A stretch of DNA of 64,000 bases, taken from contig CM000151.3 in assembly GCA_000004695.1 (NCBI GenBank), positions 5,824,001 through 5,888,000 on the forward strand. Direction: 5' to 3'. This document shows, piece after piece, positions 35,116 through 48,793 of the stretch. How positions within the stretch are numbered: position 1 is the stretch's first letter; each line of letters begins with the position of its first letter. The position numbers and the translations under genes were made by a program. The stretch is from Dictyostelium discoideum (taxonomy: Eukaryota). The notes beneath the pieces were generated by a model. It worked only from the letters and a program-made list of their open reading frames with translations. It was not told the DNA's origin and did not search any database.

Positions 35116-35523
35116 ATGAATAATCTTTCAAAGAATGATTTTTTAAAACTGTATAGAAATATATTAAGATGTCATAAAATATTACAAGAACCAATGAGAT
35201 CAATGGGAGATCAATATGTTAAAACTGAATGGAAATTACATAAGAAAGCAACACCAAAACAAGCAATTCAATTTTATGAACAATGGAATATTTATTGTAA
35301 TATTTTATTAACACAACGTGATTCAATTTTAAAAGAAAATAGTAATAATAATGATAATTATAATAATAATAATAATGATAATAATAATGATAATAATAAT
35401 TTTATAAATATTGGTCAAGATTTAAATGAAAAACAAATGAAATCTTTAAATAAAAAACAAATAGAACAATTAGATAAATTAAAATCTGAAACTTCAACTG
35501 TATATACACCAAGTGATAAATAA
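35116..35523 (+). CDS. LYR-motif (Complex1_LYR-like) protein that resembles the succinate dehydrogenase assembly factor 3 (SDHAF3/ACN9) family. It is a single exon.
   Basis: It contains LKLYRNILRCHKILQEPMRSMGDQYVKTEWKLHKK. The LYR/LYK tripeptide followed by GDxYV..E[FW]+.H is the ACN9/SDHAF3 pattern. The family assignment is from memory. Confidence 0.5.
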   Translation: MNNLSKNDFLKLYRNILRCHKILQEPMRSMGDQYVKTEWKLHKKATPKQAIQFYEQWNIYCNILLTQRDSILKENSNNNDNYNNNNNDNNNDNNNFINIGQDLNEKQMKSLNKKQIEQLDKLKSETSTVYTPSDK

Positions 35524-35547
35524 AAATAATAAAAATAATTTTTTTTG

Positions 35548-35587
<40 letters not shown>

Positions 35588-35634
35588 AAAAAGAAAATAT
35601 ATGTTCATGAATAATGTTTTTTTTAGTTTATTTG

Positions 35635-35665
<31 letters not shown>

Positions 35666-35704
35666 TTTTAATTTTTTGTTTTTTTTCTTTTTTTTGAAAT
35701 TATT

Positions 35705-37897
35705 TTAAAAAGTTGTATTAAATCTATATTTGACAAATTCACCAAGTTTTCTGGATTCACTATCTTGAGTATAAGAAACCAATAAATCACCAACTTGAAT
35801 ACCATTATATTCACGAAGTGTGATACCACATTCATGACCTTTTCCAATCTCTTTAACAATATCTTTAAATGATTTAATGACTTCAACACGACCTTCATGA
35901 ACGGAATCACCATTTCTCATAACATGAACCTTTGCACCTTTTTTGATAATACCATCTTCTACTTTACAACCTGCAACTTTTTCCTTACCATCATTGATAT
36001 CAAAGACTTGACTAATTTGAGCACGACCAGTTACATTGAAAATAGTGACAGGTTGTAAAATACTTTCTAAATATTCTTGGACATGATTAACCACATGATA
36101 GATTACATCGGATTGAATGAGTTTTACACCTTGCTTCTTGCAAGAATCTAAAATCTTTGGATTTAATTTCGAGCCAAAATAAACGATTGGAGTCTTCAAA
36201 AATAATGCATCTTTAATGTCATTCTCAGTGACCTCACCATAGCCAACTCTTTGAATATCAATAGAGATTTCAGGATCTTGTGGTAATGTAAATAACATGG
36301 CGCTGAGTGCCTCAGCAGTGCCTGTGACATCACCTTTAACAAAGAATCTAACGGTCTTCTTCTCGATATCACCCAAATCCTCAGTACCATTCATTTCTTC
36401 CTCATTATCGAGATCCTCTTCTTCATCCTCTTTGCCATATGCCATCTTTTTAATTTCCCTACGAGTATCTTCTGATATCTTTCTTTCCTTTCTTTCATCA
36501 ATAATTGCTAAAACTTCTTTTTCAGAGTCGAAAACAAAGAATTCCTCACCCAAAGGAGGGGCCCCTTCTTTGAAACCAAAGATTTCAACGGCTTGACCCG
36601 GTTTACCCTCTTTGAGTTGAGTACCTAAATGATTTTTCATCTCTTTGATCTTACCATGTGATTCACCACAAACAAAGAATTGATTAATCTTTAAAATACC
36701 TTTTTGAACGAGAATGGTTGAATAGGTACCTCTATTTCTCTTGAAACTTGTTTCAATGACCACACCACTAACTTGAACATCTTTAACTGGTGCTTTCAAT
36801 TCCATCATATCACCAATGAATAGAATGGTTTCCTCGAGTGTTTGAATACCCATACCAGTCTTTGCAGAGATTTCAACACAAGGTACATCACCACCAACAC
36901 CCTCACATGCAATACCATTCTCTAACAACTCCATCTTTACAAGCTCTGGATTGGCATCGGGTTTATCCATTTTATTAATTACAACAATCACTTGCACATC
37001 ATTCTTCTTTATCGCTTTGATTGCCTCGATGGTTTGTTCTTGAACACCATCATCGGCAGCAACCACCAATAACACAATATCGGTGATACCCACACCTCTT
37101 TCTCTCATTGTCGAAAAAGCAGAATGACCTGGAGTATCCATAAAAGTGATTGCACGCTTCGCCTTTTTAGCATCTGATCTATCATTAATCAATACCTCAA
37201 ATGCACCAATATGTTGGGTGATTCTGCCTGGCTCATTATCGACCACCGATGTACTACGTAAGAAATCCAATAAACTAGTTTTACCATGATCGATATGGCC
37301 AACCACTGTTACCACTGGTGGTCTGCTTGGCCACAAGGGGTTCGCCTTTAGTTTAAGTTCCTTCTCTTTTCTTTGAAGTAAAATATCCCTACTTAAAACT
37401 CTCATTGGTGAGAAGTAATAATCTTGTCCCATCAATAGTAAAATATCGTCAACGATTGGTTCGTATCTTGATGTTGGTTTCAAACCTGCTTTAATTTGCC
37501 ATTTGATTAACTCAACGATTGATTGACCAATCATTGGTGCTAAATTCTCGGCGGTTACTGTATCTGGGAGTAAAACTGGTGTTATTGTTTTCTTTTTATT
37601 GAACTCCCCATTCCCCGAGCCACCTATTTTCTCTTTTTCTTTACTTCTAAATAGTGGTTGATGTTCATTAACAAAACCATATGCTTCTTCTTGTTGTTGT
37701 TGTTGTCTTAACATTCTTTTTTCTTTTTTCTTTCTTTCTTTCTCTCTTTCTTTCTCTCTTAGTTTCTCTTTTTCTTTTTCTCTTTCTGCTATTAAATCCG
37801 ATTCTTTTTTTGATAGTTCTTGGAATTTTGGAATTGGAATTTTGGAATTGGAATTTGTTTTTTCTTGTCCTTGTTGTTGAGTTGTCATTGTTTCTGG

Positions 37898-37934
<37 letters not shown>

Positions 37935-38840
37935 GGGGTTGTTGGTGCTGGTTTATTTGATACAATATCGCCAAATCCTAAATTACTCAAATTTTTAATA
38001 TTATTTTGATTTGTAGTGATTGTTGGTTTTTGATTTAAAGTGGTTTTATTTATATAATCTAAAAATGATGCAAGTTTTTTTTGTTGTGGTGGATTTTGTT
38101 TTTGTTGTTGTTGTTGTTGTAGTGGTTGTTGTGGTTGTTGTGGTTGTTGTTGTTGTTGTAGTTGTGGTTTTTGTAGTGATCCAAATGAAAACATATTTAG
38201 TGGATTTTCTTTTGGTGTTACATTATTATTATTACCGTTTATTGGAAAGTTGAAAATTGGTGATTGGTGTGATTTTTGTGGTTGTTGTTGTTGTTGTTGT
38301 TGTTGGAGTGGTGGTTGGAGTGGTGGTTGTTTATTTAGATCTGGTGGGTTGAATTTTAAATTAAGTGTAATTGGTCTATTTTGTTGTTGTTGTTGTTGTT
38401 GTAGTTGGAATTTTTGGTGATTGTTATTATTATCATTATTATTATTATTATTGTTATTATTAATATTATTATTATTATTATTATTACTATTATTATTATT
38501 TTGAATTAATTTTGGAAAATCAATTTTATTAAAGGAAATTGTATTTCCTTCATTTATAGGTTTCTCTGTTGGTTTTCCCTATTTAAAAAAAATATGTTAA
38601 AAACTAAATTAGTATTTTTATTTTATTTTATTTCATTTCATTTCATTTTATTTTATTTTATTTTATTTTATTTTATTATATTTTATTTTTTGATTTGATT
38701 TTTGATTTTTAAAAAATAAATCTGCCAACACTTACTGGTGTGGAGGAAGTGGAATATTGAAAAGAAGTAATATTATAAATATTGGGTGATTGTATTAATC
38801 TTGATATTTGTTTTTTATGCAATTTAGTTACTCGTAACAT
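35705..38840 (-). CDS. Mitochondrial translation initiation factor IF-2 of about 992 aa. The exons are 38840..38736 (the presequence) and 38578..35705.
   Basis: The IF-2 GTPase motifs are VVTVVGHIDHGKTSLLD, DTPGH, VVINKMD and SAKTG, and the IF2 domain II/C-terminal beta-barrel regions are present. The main ORF has no in-frame ATG upstream of a stop until a spliced exon encoding MLRVTKLHKKQISRLIQSPNIYNITSFQYSTSSTP, which is a typical matrix-targeting peptide. That exon ends at the donor CCA|GTAAGT at 38735, and the acceptor is TTTAAATAG|GGA at 38579. Confidence 0.85.
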
Positions 38841-39079
38841 TTATTTAATATATATATATATGATTCAAGTGTATGTGTTTACGAAAACAAAAAAAACAAC
38901 TAAAATAAAAAAAAAAAATAAAAAAATAAAAAATAAAATAAAAAAAAAAAGAAAAAAAAAAATAAAAAAAAATAAAAATTAAAAAATTAATTGTGTCGGT
39001 TTTTCTATAGAAAAAAAAAAATTAAAAAAAAAATAAAAAAAAATGGCAATAATTATTTAATTTTAATAACCAACAATGG

Positions 39080-39111
<32 letters not shown>

Positions 39112-39252
39112 CACACACACCCCCAAACAATACCACAAATCTGGGGGTGTATTTGATTATAATTTTTTAAAAAATTTTTTTATTTTTTTTTTTTTTTTTA
39201 TTTTTTTTTTATTTTTTTATTTTTTTCTAAATAATTTTAATTTTCGATTAAA

Positions 39253-40166
39253 TTAATTTGAATCATAATTAAATATATCGTATTCAGGATCGAATTCATC
39301 AAGCTTTTTACCAGAAGATGATGAATTATTACTACCAGAATCTGGTGGTGGTGGACAGTATTCTGTACAATAGACCTTCAATTGAACTGGATCATAAGTT
39401 AAACCACATGAACATGAAGATGGATCTTGAACAGATATACATGTTTTATTTTCAAATGTATATAAACCATTACTAAAAAATAATGAAATAAAATAATTAG
39501 TTTAAACTAATTGTAAAAAAAAAAAAAAAAAAAAAACTTACCAAGTGAGTGCTTTTGGTACCCAAACATAACAATTGAGTGAAATTGAAGCTAAAATTAC
39601 ACAACCAGCTAAAAGGAAGATAAGGTATTTGAATTTTGGATGAATTCTATCATCTTGATCTCTCCACCATTTAACTAATAAGGCTAATGATCCAAATATA
39701 ACAATAATAGTACCAACTAATACAAAATGTCTTGCATTTACTTTAATTCCAAAATATACACCAATTGCTATTGAGAACTAAAATTTTAATATTAATCCAA
39801 AAAAAAAAAAAATAAAAAAAATAAAAAAAATAAAAAATAAAAAAATTATATATTAATATACATAAATTAATAAAAAAAAATTATTATAATTAGATTTTAA
39901 TTATTGATTTATAAGTAAAATTTTTCACACATACCAATGAAAAAGCTGCAACAATTATAGAAATAATAATTTGAGAAATTTGTGTCTATATTTTTAATTT
40001 ATTTTTTTTATTTATTTTTTTTATTTATTTTTTTTTTAAAAAAAAAAAAAAAAATTAAAAGATATTAATTAGGCTTATGGTCATTTAAATTATTTTTTTT
40101 TTTTTTTTAACATGTGTGATCAAACCATACTTGTTTCTTTCTCTCTCCAAATAATGGTTCATCCAT
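39253..40166 (-). CDS. Small membrane protein of about 180 aa with three predicted TM helices and a cysteine-rich, proline-rich C-terminal region. It has four exons, 40166..40131, 39985..39935, 39777..39542 and 39472..39253. Its function is unknown.
   Basis: The exons encode MDEPLFGERKKQ / TQISQIIISIIVAAFSL / FSIAIGVYFGIKVNARHFVLVGTIIVIFGSLALLVKWWRDQDDRIHPKFKYLIFLLAGCVILASISLNCYVWVPKALT / CNGLYTFENKTCISVQDPSSCSCGLTYDPVQLKVYCTEYCPPPPDSGSNNSSSSGKKLDEFDPEYDIFNYDSN. All junctions are canonical (CAA|GTATGG, TTG|GTATGT, TG|GTAAGT, and the acceptors ATATAG, TTTTAG, TTTTTTAG) and the phases are consistent. I did not recognise a family. Confidence 0.5.
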
Positions 40167-40842
40167 TTTAATTTACTATATTATATATATATATAAATAT
40201 TTATATGATATTACAACAAAAAAAAAAAAAAAGAAATAGAGAAAACCAAAGCAATTTAAAATAATACAAAAGATTTGCTATCGTGGTAGAGAAAGGACAC
40301 TCAAAAAAACAAAAAAAAGTGAAAATATTAAAAAAAAAAAAAAAAAAAAAAAATCATAAAAAAAAAAAAAAAATAAAAATAAAAAATAAAAAAAAAAAAA
40401 TTAAAAAATAAAAATAAAAGTTCCAACCAATTTCTTTTTTTCCCAAAACCAAAAAAAAAAAAAAAAAAAAAACAATAATTTTCTTAAGATTTTTCATTCT
40501 TTATCTATTTACTTATAAAATTAAAACTTTTTTTTTTTCCAAATTCTCTTTTTCCTAATTTGTTTTTTTTATTTTTTTATTTTTTTTTTCCTACTTTTTT
40601 TTTTATAGATAAACTAATACCAAAAATTTTAACCGTTAATAGATAATTATAATTAAATTTCATTTTTTTTTTTTTTTAAAACACTTTTTTTCAATATTAT
40701 TTTTTTTATCATTTTTGGTATTAAATTTCTTTAATTATTTTGAACCCAAATAACAAAGACTGTTTTTTATTTCTATTTTTAATAAAAGATTTTTTTTTTC
40801 TTTGAAATTATATTTTTCCAATTTTTCATATTTTTATTTTTT

Positions 40843-40887
<45 letters not shown>

Positions 40888-40930
40888 AAACGCACAAATA
40901 AAAAACATGTGATAACAATAAAATTAACAC

Positions 40931-41123
40931 ATGAACACTCAAAACAATATCCTAAATAGAGTTTCCAGAATAAATAAAGATATAAAGAATAACTTAACAT
41001 CAAATATAACAACTACTCAATTTACATCAATAACAACTAATACTTCAACAATAAAAACTAACACTCTCCCAATAAATAATAATATTAATAATAACATTAA
41101 TTCTACAACAGCAACAAAAGCAT

Positions 41124-41164
<41 letters not shown>

Positions 41165-42097
41165 ACAAAAACAGCAACAAAAACAACAAAAACAACAACA
41201 GCAACAGCAAAAACAACAACAACAACATCTAATAATAATAATAATTCATTTTTTGAAAATCACTATTTAATAACAGATGATAGGAAAAAAGAATTAAAAA
41301 CTAATTATAGGTTCTTTGGTAATGATGGATGTTATTTCAAGTTATTTATATCGGATATAAAGAACGTAAAAACAATTCAATCAGGAGGAATTAAATTTCT
41401 TTTAAAAAAAAGAATACCGATAAAACATGTAGAAGTTTTTGGTGACATTGTATCATTAACCATAAAAAGAAAGTTTAATACAACTCTAATTACAATAATA
41501 TTAGATGATAATACTCAAACCATTGAATGTGAATATTTTCCTGAAGAAATACCTTCACTTATACCGCCACAACCAAATACAACAAATTACAACAATTACA
41601 ACAATACCAATTATAACAATACCAATAATAATAATAACGATAATAATAATAATAATGATGATAATAATGATACAACATTTAATGGTAATAATCATTGGAA
41701 TAATAATGGTGACAATAACAACAACAATAACAACAACAACAATAATAATAATAATAATAATAATAATGAAAAAATAAATATTGGTACCAGTGAACATTTA
41801 CCATTCTTGTTGGGTTCATTTATTAGGGTTTGGGGATTCATAAAATCTGATCCGCATGATGGTAGATTGTTTATAAAGATAAAGGAATTTGAATTAATTA
41901 ATGATCCAAATAAAGAGATATGGTTACTTTTAGATAAAATTAAAACTCAAAAAGAAATATATTTCCCTTACATTAAAATTTTTAATGAAAGATTATTATC
42001 AAATTCTTCAAATATATTTACTTCTGGACAACAAATTATTATAAATAATCAAAATAATCAAAATAATCAAAATAATCAAAATAATCAAAATAATCAA

Positions 42098-42163
<66 letters not shown>

Positions 42164-42205
42164 TTAATAAAAAGAAAAAGGAAATTAAACGAAGATTATA
42201 AATAA
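40931..42205 (+). CDS. N-rich protein of unknown function. There may be an OB-fold resembling Stn1/RPA32 in the middle.
   Basis: It is a single ORF. Its non-repetitive core, IKHVEVFGDIVSLTIKRKFNTTLITIILDDNTQTIECEYF ... FIRVWGFIKSD, has a pattern vaguely like RPA32/Stn1 OB folds. This is a weak inference, and the flanks are poly-N/T. Confidence 0.4.
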
Positions 42206-42280
42206 AGTGGTAATTAAAAGTTTCAACCGAAAATAATTTGTTTAGTTTATTTATTTTTTATTTTTATTTATTTTTTATTT

Positions 42281-42323
<43 letters not shown>

Positions 42324-42406
42324 TGCATTATAAATAATTACTTGCAACTCTTATCTTTTTAATCGAGATATTACATATTTAAAAATCAAAAAATTAACAA
42401 GAGGAA

Positions 42407-42470
42407 AATAAAATAAAATAAAATAAAATAAAATAAAATAAAATAAAATAAAATAAAATAAAATAAAATA
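42407..42470. repeat. (AAAAT)n microsatellite of about 12 units. An (ATTT)n run of about 10 units lies nearby at 42284..42323.
   Basis: A direct read. Confidence 0.9.
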
Positions 42471-43746
42471 AAGAATAAAACACTTTATTATAATCCCATT
42501 TGATCTCAAAAAATAATAATTTTTTTTTATTTTTTTATTAATAATATTATTGTTTCCAACTTTTAAAAAGTCGTTATGACCATTCAAATTGTTTTGGTAC
42601 TTGTGTTTGAAACTTTTTTTTTTTTTATAGATTTTAGTAATAAATATTATTAATATTATTAGATTGGGGGTTATTAAATACAATTAGTTTTGTTTATATA
42701 TATATTTTTTTTTTATAAAACCTTATTTTTTATTATTTTTTTTTTTCAAAGAAAACTAATATATGAAGGGACCCGAAATAATAAACAATTGTTTAATTTA
42801 TCTTTAATCATTAATTATTATTTATTTATTTATTTTTTTTTTAATCATTCCCTTACAAAAAAAAAAAAATAAAATAAAAAAAAAAAAAAACAAGAATATA
42901 AACATAAATAAAAATAAAAATAAATATGTTTTTAGAATGGTAGTGGTTTTTGTTATCTCATTTACCAATTTACACTTTTTTTTTTTTTTTATTTTTTTTT
43001 TTTTGTGTGCTTATAATAGTTTTAAAACGTTTTAAAATTAAAAATCGAATCATGTGTGTGTGTGTGTGTGGGTGTGTTTTTTTTTTTTTATTTTTATTTT
43101 TTTTTATTTATTTATAATAATTATCACCCCTTTTTTAAAGGGAATAGTTTAAAATATATTCAAATCAACCCTTTTCTAAATAAAATTAATTTATCACTAA
43201 AGTGGTGCTCTCCAACCATTAATCACTTATTTTTTAAACAAAACATAAATGTTTTTTTTTTTTTTATTATGATGATCAATACACCAAAAATCTCGTTAAT
43301 TGTTATTTTTTTATTTTTTATTTTTTTTTAATTTTAATTTTTAATTTTTATTCTTTATTTTATTTTAATTGGATGATATATTGACAATAACTTCACATTT
43401 TAGAATAAAAAATTCACCAATCGACCTTATATGATCACAACTAAAAGATTAAAGATTGGATAAATGATTAAAAACAATATTGTGGGGGTTTTAAATAGGA
43501 TCTATCTCTTTATTTTATTATTTTTTTATTTTTTTTATTTTTTTTTTTTTTTTAATAATTATTTTTTATTTTTATAATTATTTTTTTTTTTTTATTTATT
43601 TTTATTTTTAAATAAATAAATAATTATTTTTAATTTTTTTTTTGAAAAAAGATCTATATACAAATATATATATATATAGTTCTTTTTTTATTTTTATTAT
43701 TTGTTGAGGATATTATCATTTTATACAAAAAAAAATAAAATAAAAT

Positions 43747-43781
<35 letters not shown>

Positions 43782-44741
43782 AATAAAAACAATAATAAAA
43801 TTAAAAAAACAAAAAAAAAAAATCAAATAATTTACATAATTAAATAATTATTATTATTAATCAATATTTGTTAATCCCCACAATCATTACACTCCTTCAA
43901 CTATTATGTTTTAACAACAAAAATAAATATATATTTATTTATTTATTTATTTAATTTAATTTAATTATTTAAAACAAAAAACAAAAAACAAAAAAAAAAA
44001 AAAAAAAAAAAAAAAACACCAAAAAAAAAAAAAAAAAAAAATAGAAATTAGATCTAATTATTTATTTATTTTCGTGTTCTTGCTTGTGCTAAATAGTGTG
44101 TTTGTGTGTGTGTGTTTTTTGTGTGATTTTGATTATTCTTGTTATATTATTTTTGTGCTCAATTTTAATTTTTCAAAAGGGTATTTTTAAATAAATGTAA
44201 GGGTTTTAAATTTAATTCGAATTAATAATTGTGATTTTGGTAATCCATTTAAATAGCTTGTGTGTTAGAGTGTGGTGTGTGTTTTATATGTAAGTAATAA
44301 TTAAAATTTAAAATACAAAATTTAAAATATACATATTTATTAATTGTATTGTACAATTTGATTTATTTATTTTTTTTTTTTTAAAATTTTATTTTATTTT
44401 AAAATTTTTTTTTTAATTTGTTTTATTTTTTTTTTTAATAAAAATAATAATAATAATAAAAATAATAATAATTTTGAACCTTAATATCAACAATTAAAAA
44501 AAATTTAATTATACATCATCACACTTTTTTTTTTTTTTTAAAAAATCTTGTTCAAACTTAATATTAATAATTATAATAAATATATCATTTATTTTATCTT
44601 TAGTTTTTTAGCTTAAAAAATAAATTTTGTAAATTAAGTAATTTGGGAAAAAAAAAAGATAATTATATTTTTGGATTACAAAAAAAAAGAGGATAAACAA
44701 ATATTTTTTTAATTTTTTTTTTTTTTTTTTATAAAAATAAA

Positions 44742-44786
44742 ATGTTAAAAGAAAGAAAAAAATCAACAGATGTAAGTTGATAATAA

Positions 44787-44881
<95 letters not shown>

Positions 44882-47800
44882 CAAAAATATTTTTGGTCAA
44901 GTATTAATTAATTTATTTTTTTTTGAAAAAAAAAAAAAAAAAAAAAAAAATAGAATGGTAAAGAAAGTAATAATAGTAGTACAAATTGTTATACATTATT
45001 TTTAAATGATTCGAAACAAACACATTCCCAAACTGGAAAGAAATTTCCAAAAAATTTTATTAGGACAACCAAATATACAATTTTATCATTTATTCCAAAG
45101 AATTTATTCGAACAATTTAGAAGATTATCAAATTTTTATTTCCTTTGTGTATTGATCATTCAATTAGTTCCACAAATCTCACCATTATTACCATTGACAA
45201 GTATTTTACCATTATCATTCGTATTAATTATAACGGCTACCAAAGAGGCATTAGAAGATTATAATCGTTATCAAAGTGATAAAAAAAACAATTTAGAACC
45301 ATATACTATAGTGAGAGATGCTAAATTGGAGACAATATCCTCTCAAGATATATGTGTTGGTGATATTATCCGTATTCAAAATGGACAACAAATTCCAGCT
45401 GATTTAGTACTAATTTCAACATCGCATGATGAAGGTCTTTGTTATGTTGAAACCAGTAATTTAGATGGTGAAACTAATTTAAAAGTACGTAAAGCATTAG
45501 GTGATACTAACAAACTATCGACAGCTGAAGATATCTCCCTTCTTCGTGGTAGTATAGTTTATGAAACTCCAAATGAACGTTTATACAGATTTAATGGTAG
45601 AATAGTTATTCAAGGTAAAGAAAATATAATTCATTCTTTAAATCATACTATGTTTTTACAAAGAGTAATATATTAAATATTCATATATTTTTATAATTAT
45701 TTAATTTTTTAATATTAATTATTTTTTCATTTTTATTTTTTTTTGAAAAAAAAGGGATCACAATTAAGAAATACAAAATTTATTTTTGGAGTTTGTGTTT
45801 ATGCTGGTGTTGATACAAAATTATTTTTAAATCAACAACCACCACCATCAAAATTTTCAACAGTTGAAAAATTATTAAACAAATTAATTTTATTTGTTTT
45901 TATATTTCAATTAATAGTTTGTTTATTATGTGCAGTTGCATCAGCATTTTATCAAGAGATAGTGGTTGAAGATATGTTATATTTGGGACCAACAGTTTCT
46001 TTATCAATTTATGGTGTTAGAAATTTTTTCACTTATTTTATTTTATTTAATACAATGATTCCAATTTCACTTTGGGTAACATTGGAGATGGTAAAAGTTG
46101 GACAAGCAAAGTTTATGGAATTTGATAGTTATATGCGTTCACAAGTACTAACAATTGATCCAGCAACTGGTGAAGAGAAAGAAGTTGAAAAAGGGTGTAA
46201 AGCAAAAACCTCAAATTTGAATGAGGATCTTGGTAGAATTCAACATATTTTTAGTGATAAAACAGGTACACTAACTGAAAATATTATGAGATTTTGTAAA
46301 TGTTCAATTGGTTCAGATATTTATGATGAGAGGGAGAGTTCTGGTAGTTTGGTTAGAGCATTGGATGCAAGTAGAGATTCATCTTCAAATCCAAAGATAT
46401 TAATAAATGGTACAAACAATACAAAGTTTCAAACTATTCAAAGTTTTCTTCGTATTCTTAGTCTTTGTCATACTGTGATTAGTGAAGTAGATGAGGCAAC
46501 TGGTAATATCACCTATCAATCACAATCACCAGATGAATTAGCATTGGTACATACTGCAAGTAATAATGGATTCGTGTTTTTGGATAGAAGAACTGATGAA
46601 ATCCTTTTAAGAGAGAATGGTGTAGATACTTCCTATGGTCTATTGGCAATTTTAGAGTTTTCATCAGCACGTCGTAGAATGTCAGTAATCGTTCGTACAC
46701 CTGAAGGTACAATTAAGCTATTAACAAAAGGTGCTGATATGTCAATCTCTTGTAGATTGTTAAATGATAAAGAAAGAAATGCAGCTCGTGATGAAACTCT
46801 TAATTTCTTAAAAAATTTCTCAAGAGATGGTTATCGTACACTAATGGTAGCTGAAAGAGATTTAACAGTTGAAGAATATGAAGATTGGAAACAACAATTC
46901 TTTCAAGCCTCAACTTCAATTGAAAATCGTGAAGAGAAAATTGAAGCCGTTTGTGAATTAATTGAAAAGGATCTATCATTGGTTGGTACGACTGCAATTG
47001 AAGATAAATTACAAAATCAAGTACCGGAAACTATTAGTTATCTATTGAATGCAGGTTTACATATTTGGGTATTGACCGGTGATAAACAAGAAACCGCTGT
47101 AAACATTGGTTACTCATGTCGTCTATTTGATCCAGCTATGGAATTGATTTTCGTCAATACTGAATCCTCGGAAGAGTGTGGTTTAATTCTTGATAGATAT
47201 ATTGCATTGTTACCACCAGAGAATGAAAATGAAGATGTTAAAGATACCCAAACCTATGGTCAACAACAAATGCAACAAGGCATGAATGGAGCCACGCCTG
47301 GAATTATGAATATGATTAGCAATAGCTTGCAATCTGGTTCTGGTAATAAAACTCCAATCATTGATATTATCATTCCAACATTGGCGGTTGAATATGGTTT
47401 AGTAATTGATGGCCATACATTGACCTTTGCATTGAATGACCATAAAGAGAAATTCCTTCGTTTAGGTAGAGCTTGTAAATCTGTAATTTGTTGTAGAACT
47501 ACACCACTTCAAAAAGCACTAGTTGTAAGAGTTGTAAAACAAAGTGAAAAAAAGATTTCTTTGGCAATTGGTGATGGTGCAAATGATGTATCGATGATTC
47601 AAGAAGCTCATGTTGGTATCGGTATATTTGGTAAAGAAGGTACTCAAGCTGCCCGTGCTTCAGATTATTGCATTCATCAATTTAGTCATTTAAAGAGACT
47701 ACTTTGTGTACATGGCCGTTATTCTTACATTAGAGTATCTGGTTTAATTCAATATTCTTTCTATAAAAACATGAGTTTCACTCTTTGTTTACTTTGGTTC

Positions 47801-48573
47801 TCATTTAGTAGTCTTTTCACTGGTCAAACTATATTTGATTCTTGGATTATCACTTTCTATAACATTCTTTTCACATCTTTACCACCATTCTTTTATGGTC
47901 TCTTTGAAAAGGATATTGATGAAGAAAGTATTATGGAAAATCCAAATCTCTATAAAAGTATACAACAAAGTCAAATCCTAAGTAAAAAATCATTTTTCGT
48001 TTGGAATCTATTAGGTTTATGGCATTCATTAGTAACTTTCTTTGGTGTAAAATTATTGTTTGTAAATGATGTCATGTCTTCAAATGGTCATGTTGCTGGT
48101 ATTTGGACTTTAGGTACTTTGGTATCAACTGCTTCAATTTTAACTGTAAATGTAAGAATGGCAATTGAAACAAAACTTTGGAATTATATTTCATTAGTTG
48201 GTATGATAATATCTTTAGCTGCTTACTTTATAATGTTAGTACTTTATGCTTTCTTTTTACCTTTAAATTCAAATATGTATGATATATTTTGTAAGTATTT
48301 CTTATTATATCTTTTTAATAAAAAAAAATAATAATAATTCCCTTTATTAATTTAAATTTATTTATTTATTTAGCATCTCAATTAGAAACTGGCTCATATT
48401 ATTTTACAATTATTGTTATTATTATTGTTGCTATCTTCCCCGATTTCTGCATAAAATATTATAGTAGAATGTATGCACCAAAAGATACTCAATTAGAAAA
48501 AGAAAGAAAAGGATTAAAAGGTGTTAAAGAATATCAAAGAGAAATGAAAGAATTTAATAATCAAAGAGCTTAA
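44742..48573 (+). CDS. P4-type ATPase (phospholipid-transporting flippase) of about 1158 aa. The exons are 44742..44771, 44954..45664, 45755..48290 and 48374..48573.
   Basis: The P4-ATPase N-terminus is [44 protein letters not shown]. The remaining motifs are the actuator [22 protein letters not shown], the phosphorylation site [21 protein letters not shown] and the hinge [11 protein letters not shown]. Junctions are D|GTAAGT (44772) with AATAG|AAT (44953), AGA|GTAATA (45665) with AAAG|GGA (45754), and T|GTAAGT (48291) with TTTAG|CA (48373). Intron 1 contains an (AAT)~35 run at 44776-44880. Confidence 0.85.
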
Positions 48574-48635
48574 TTTAATTTATATAATATAAAATATTTA
48601 AAAAAAAAAAAAAAAAAAAAAAAATTAAAATAAAG

Positions 48636-48668
<33 letters not shown>

Positions 48669-48793
48669 ATTAATTATTATAATTTTATTATTTTTATTTT
48701 ATTATTTTTATTATTATTATTAGTCAAAATTAATTGTTAATAATATCATTTATTTAATTTTTATTTTTTTTTATTTCAATTTTAATTTTAATT

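Noticed and set aside
45743-45760. Apparent Met starts in the ORF track at 45152, 45743, 50044 and 58617.
   Set aside because: The underlying codons are TTG or GTG, alternative starts accepted by the ORF finder. In each case the exon is internal and reached by splicing.
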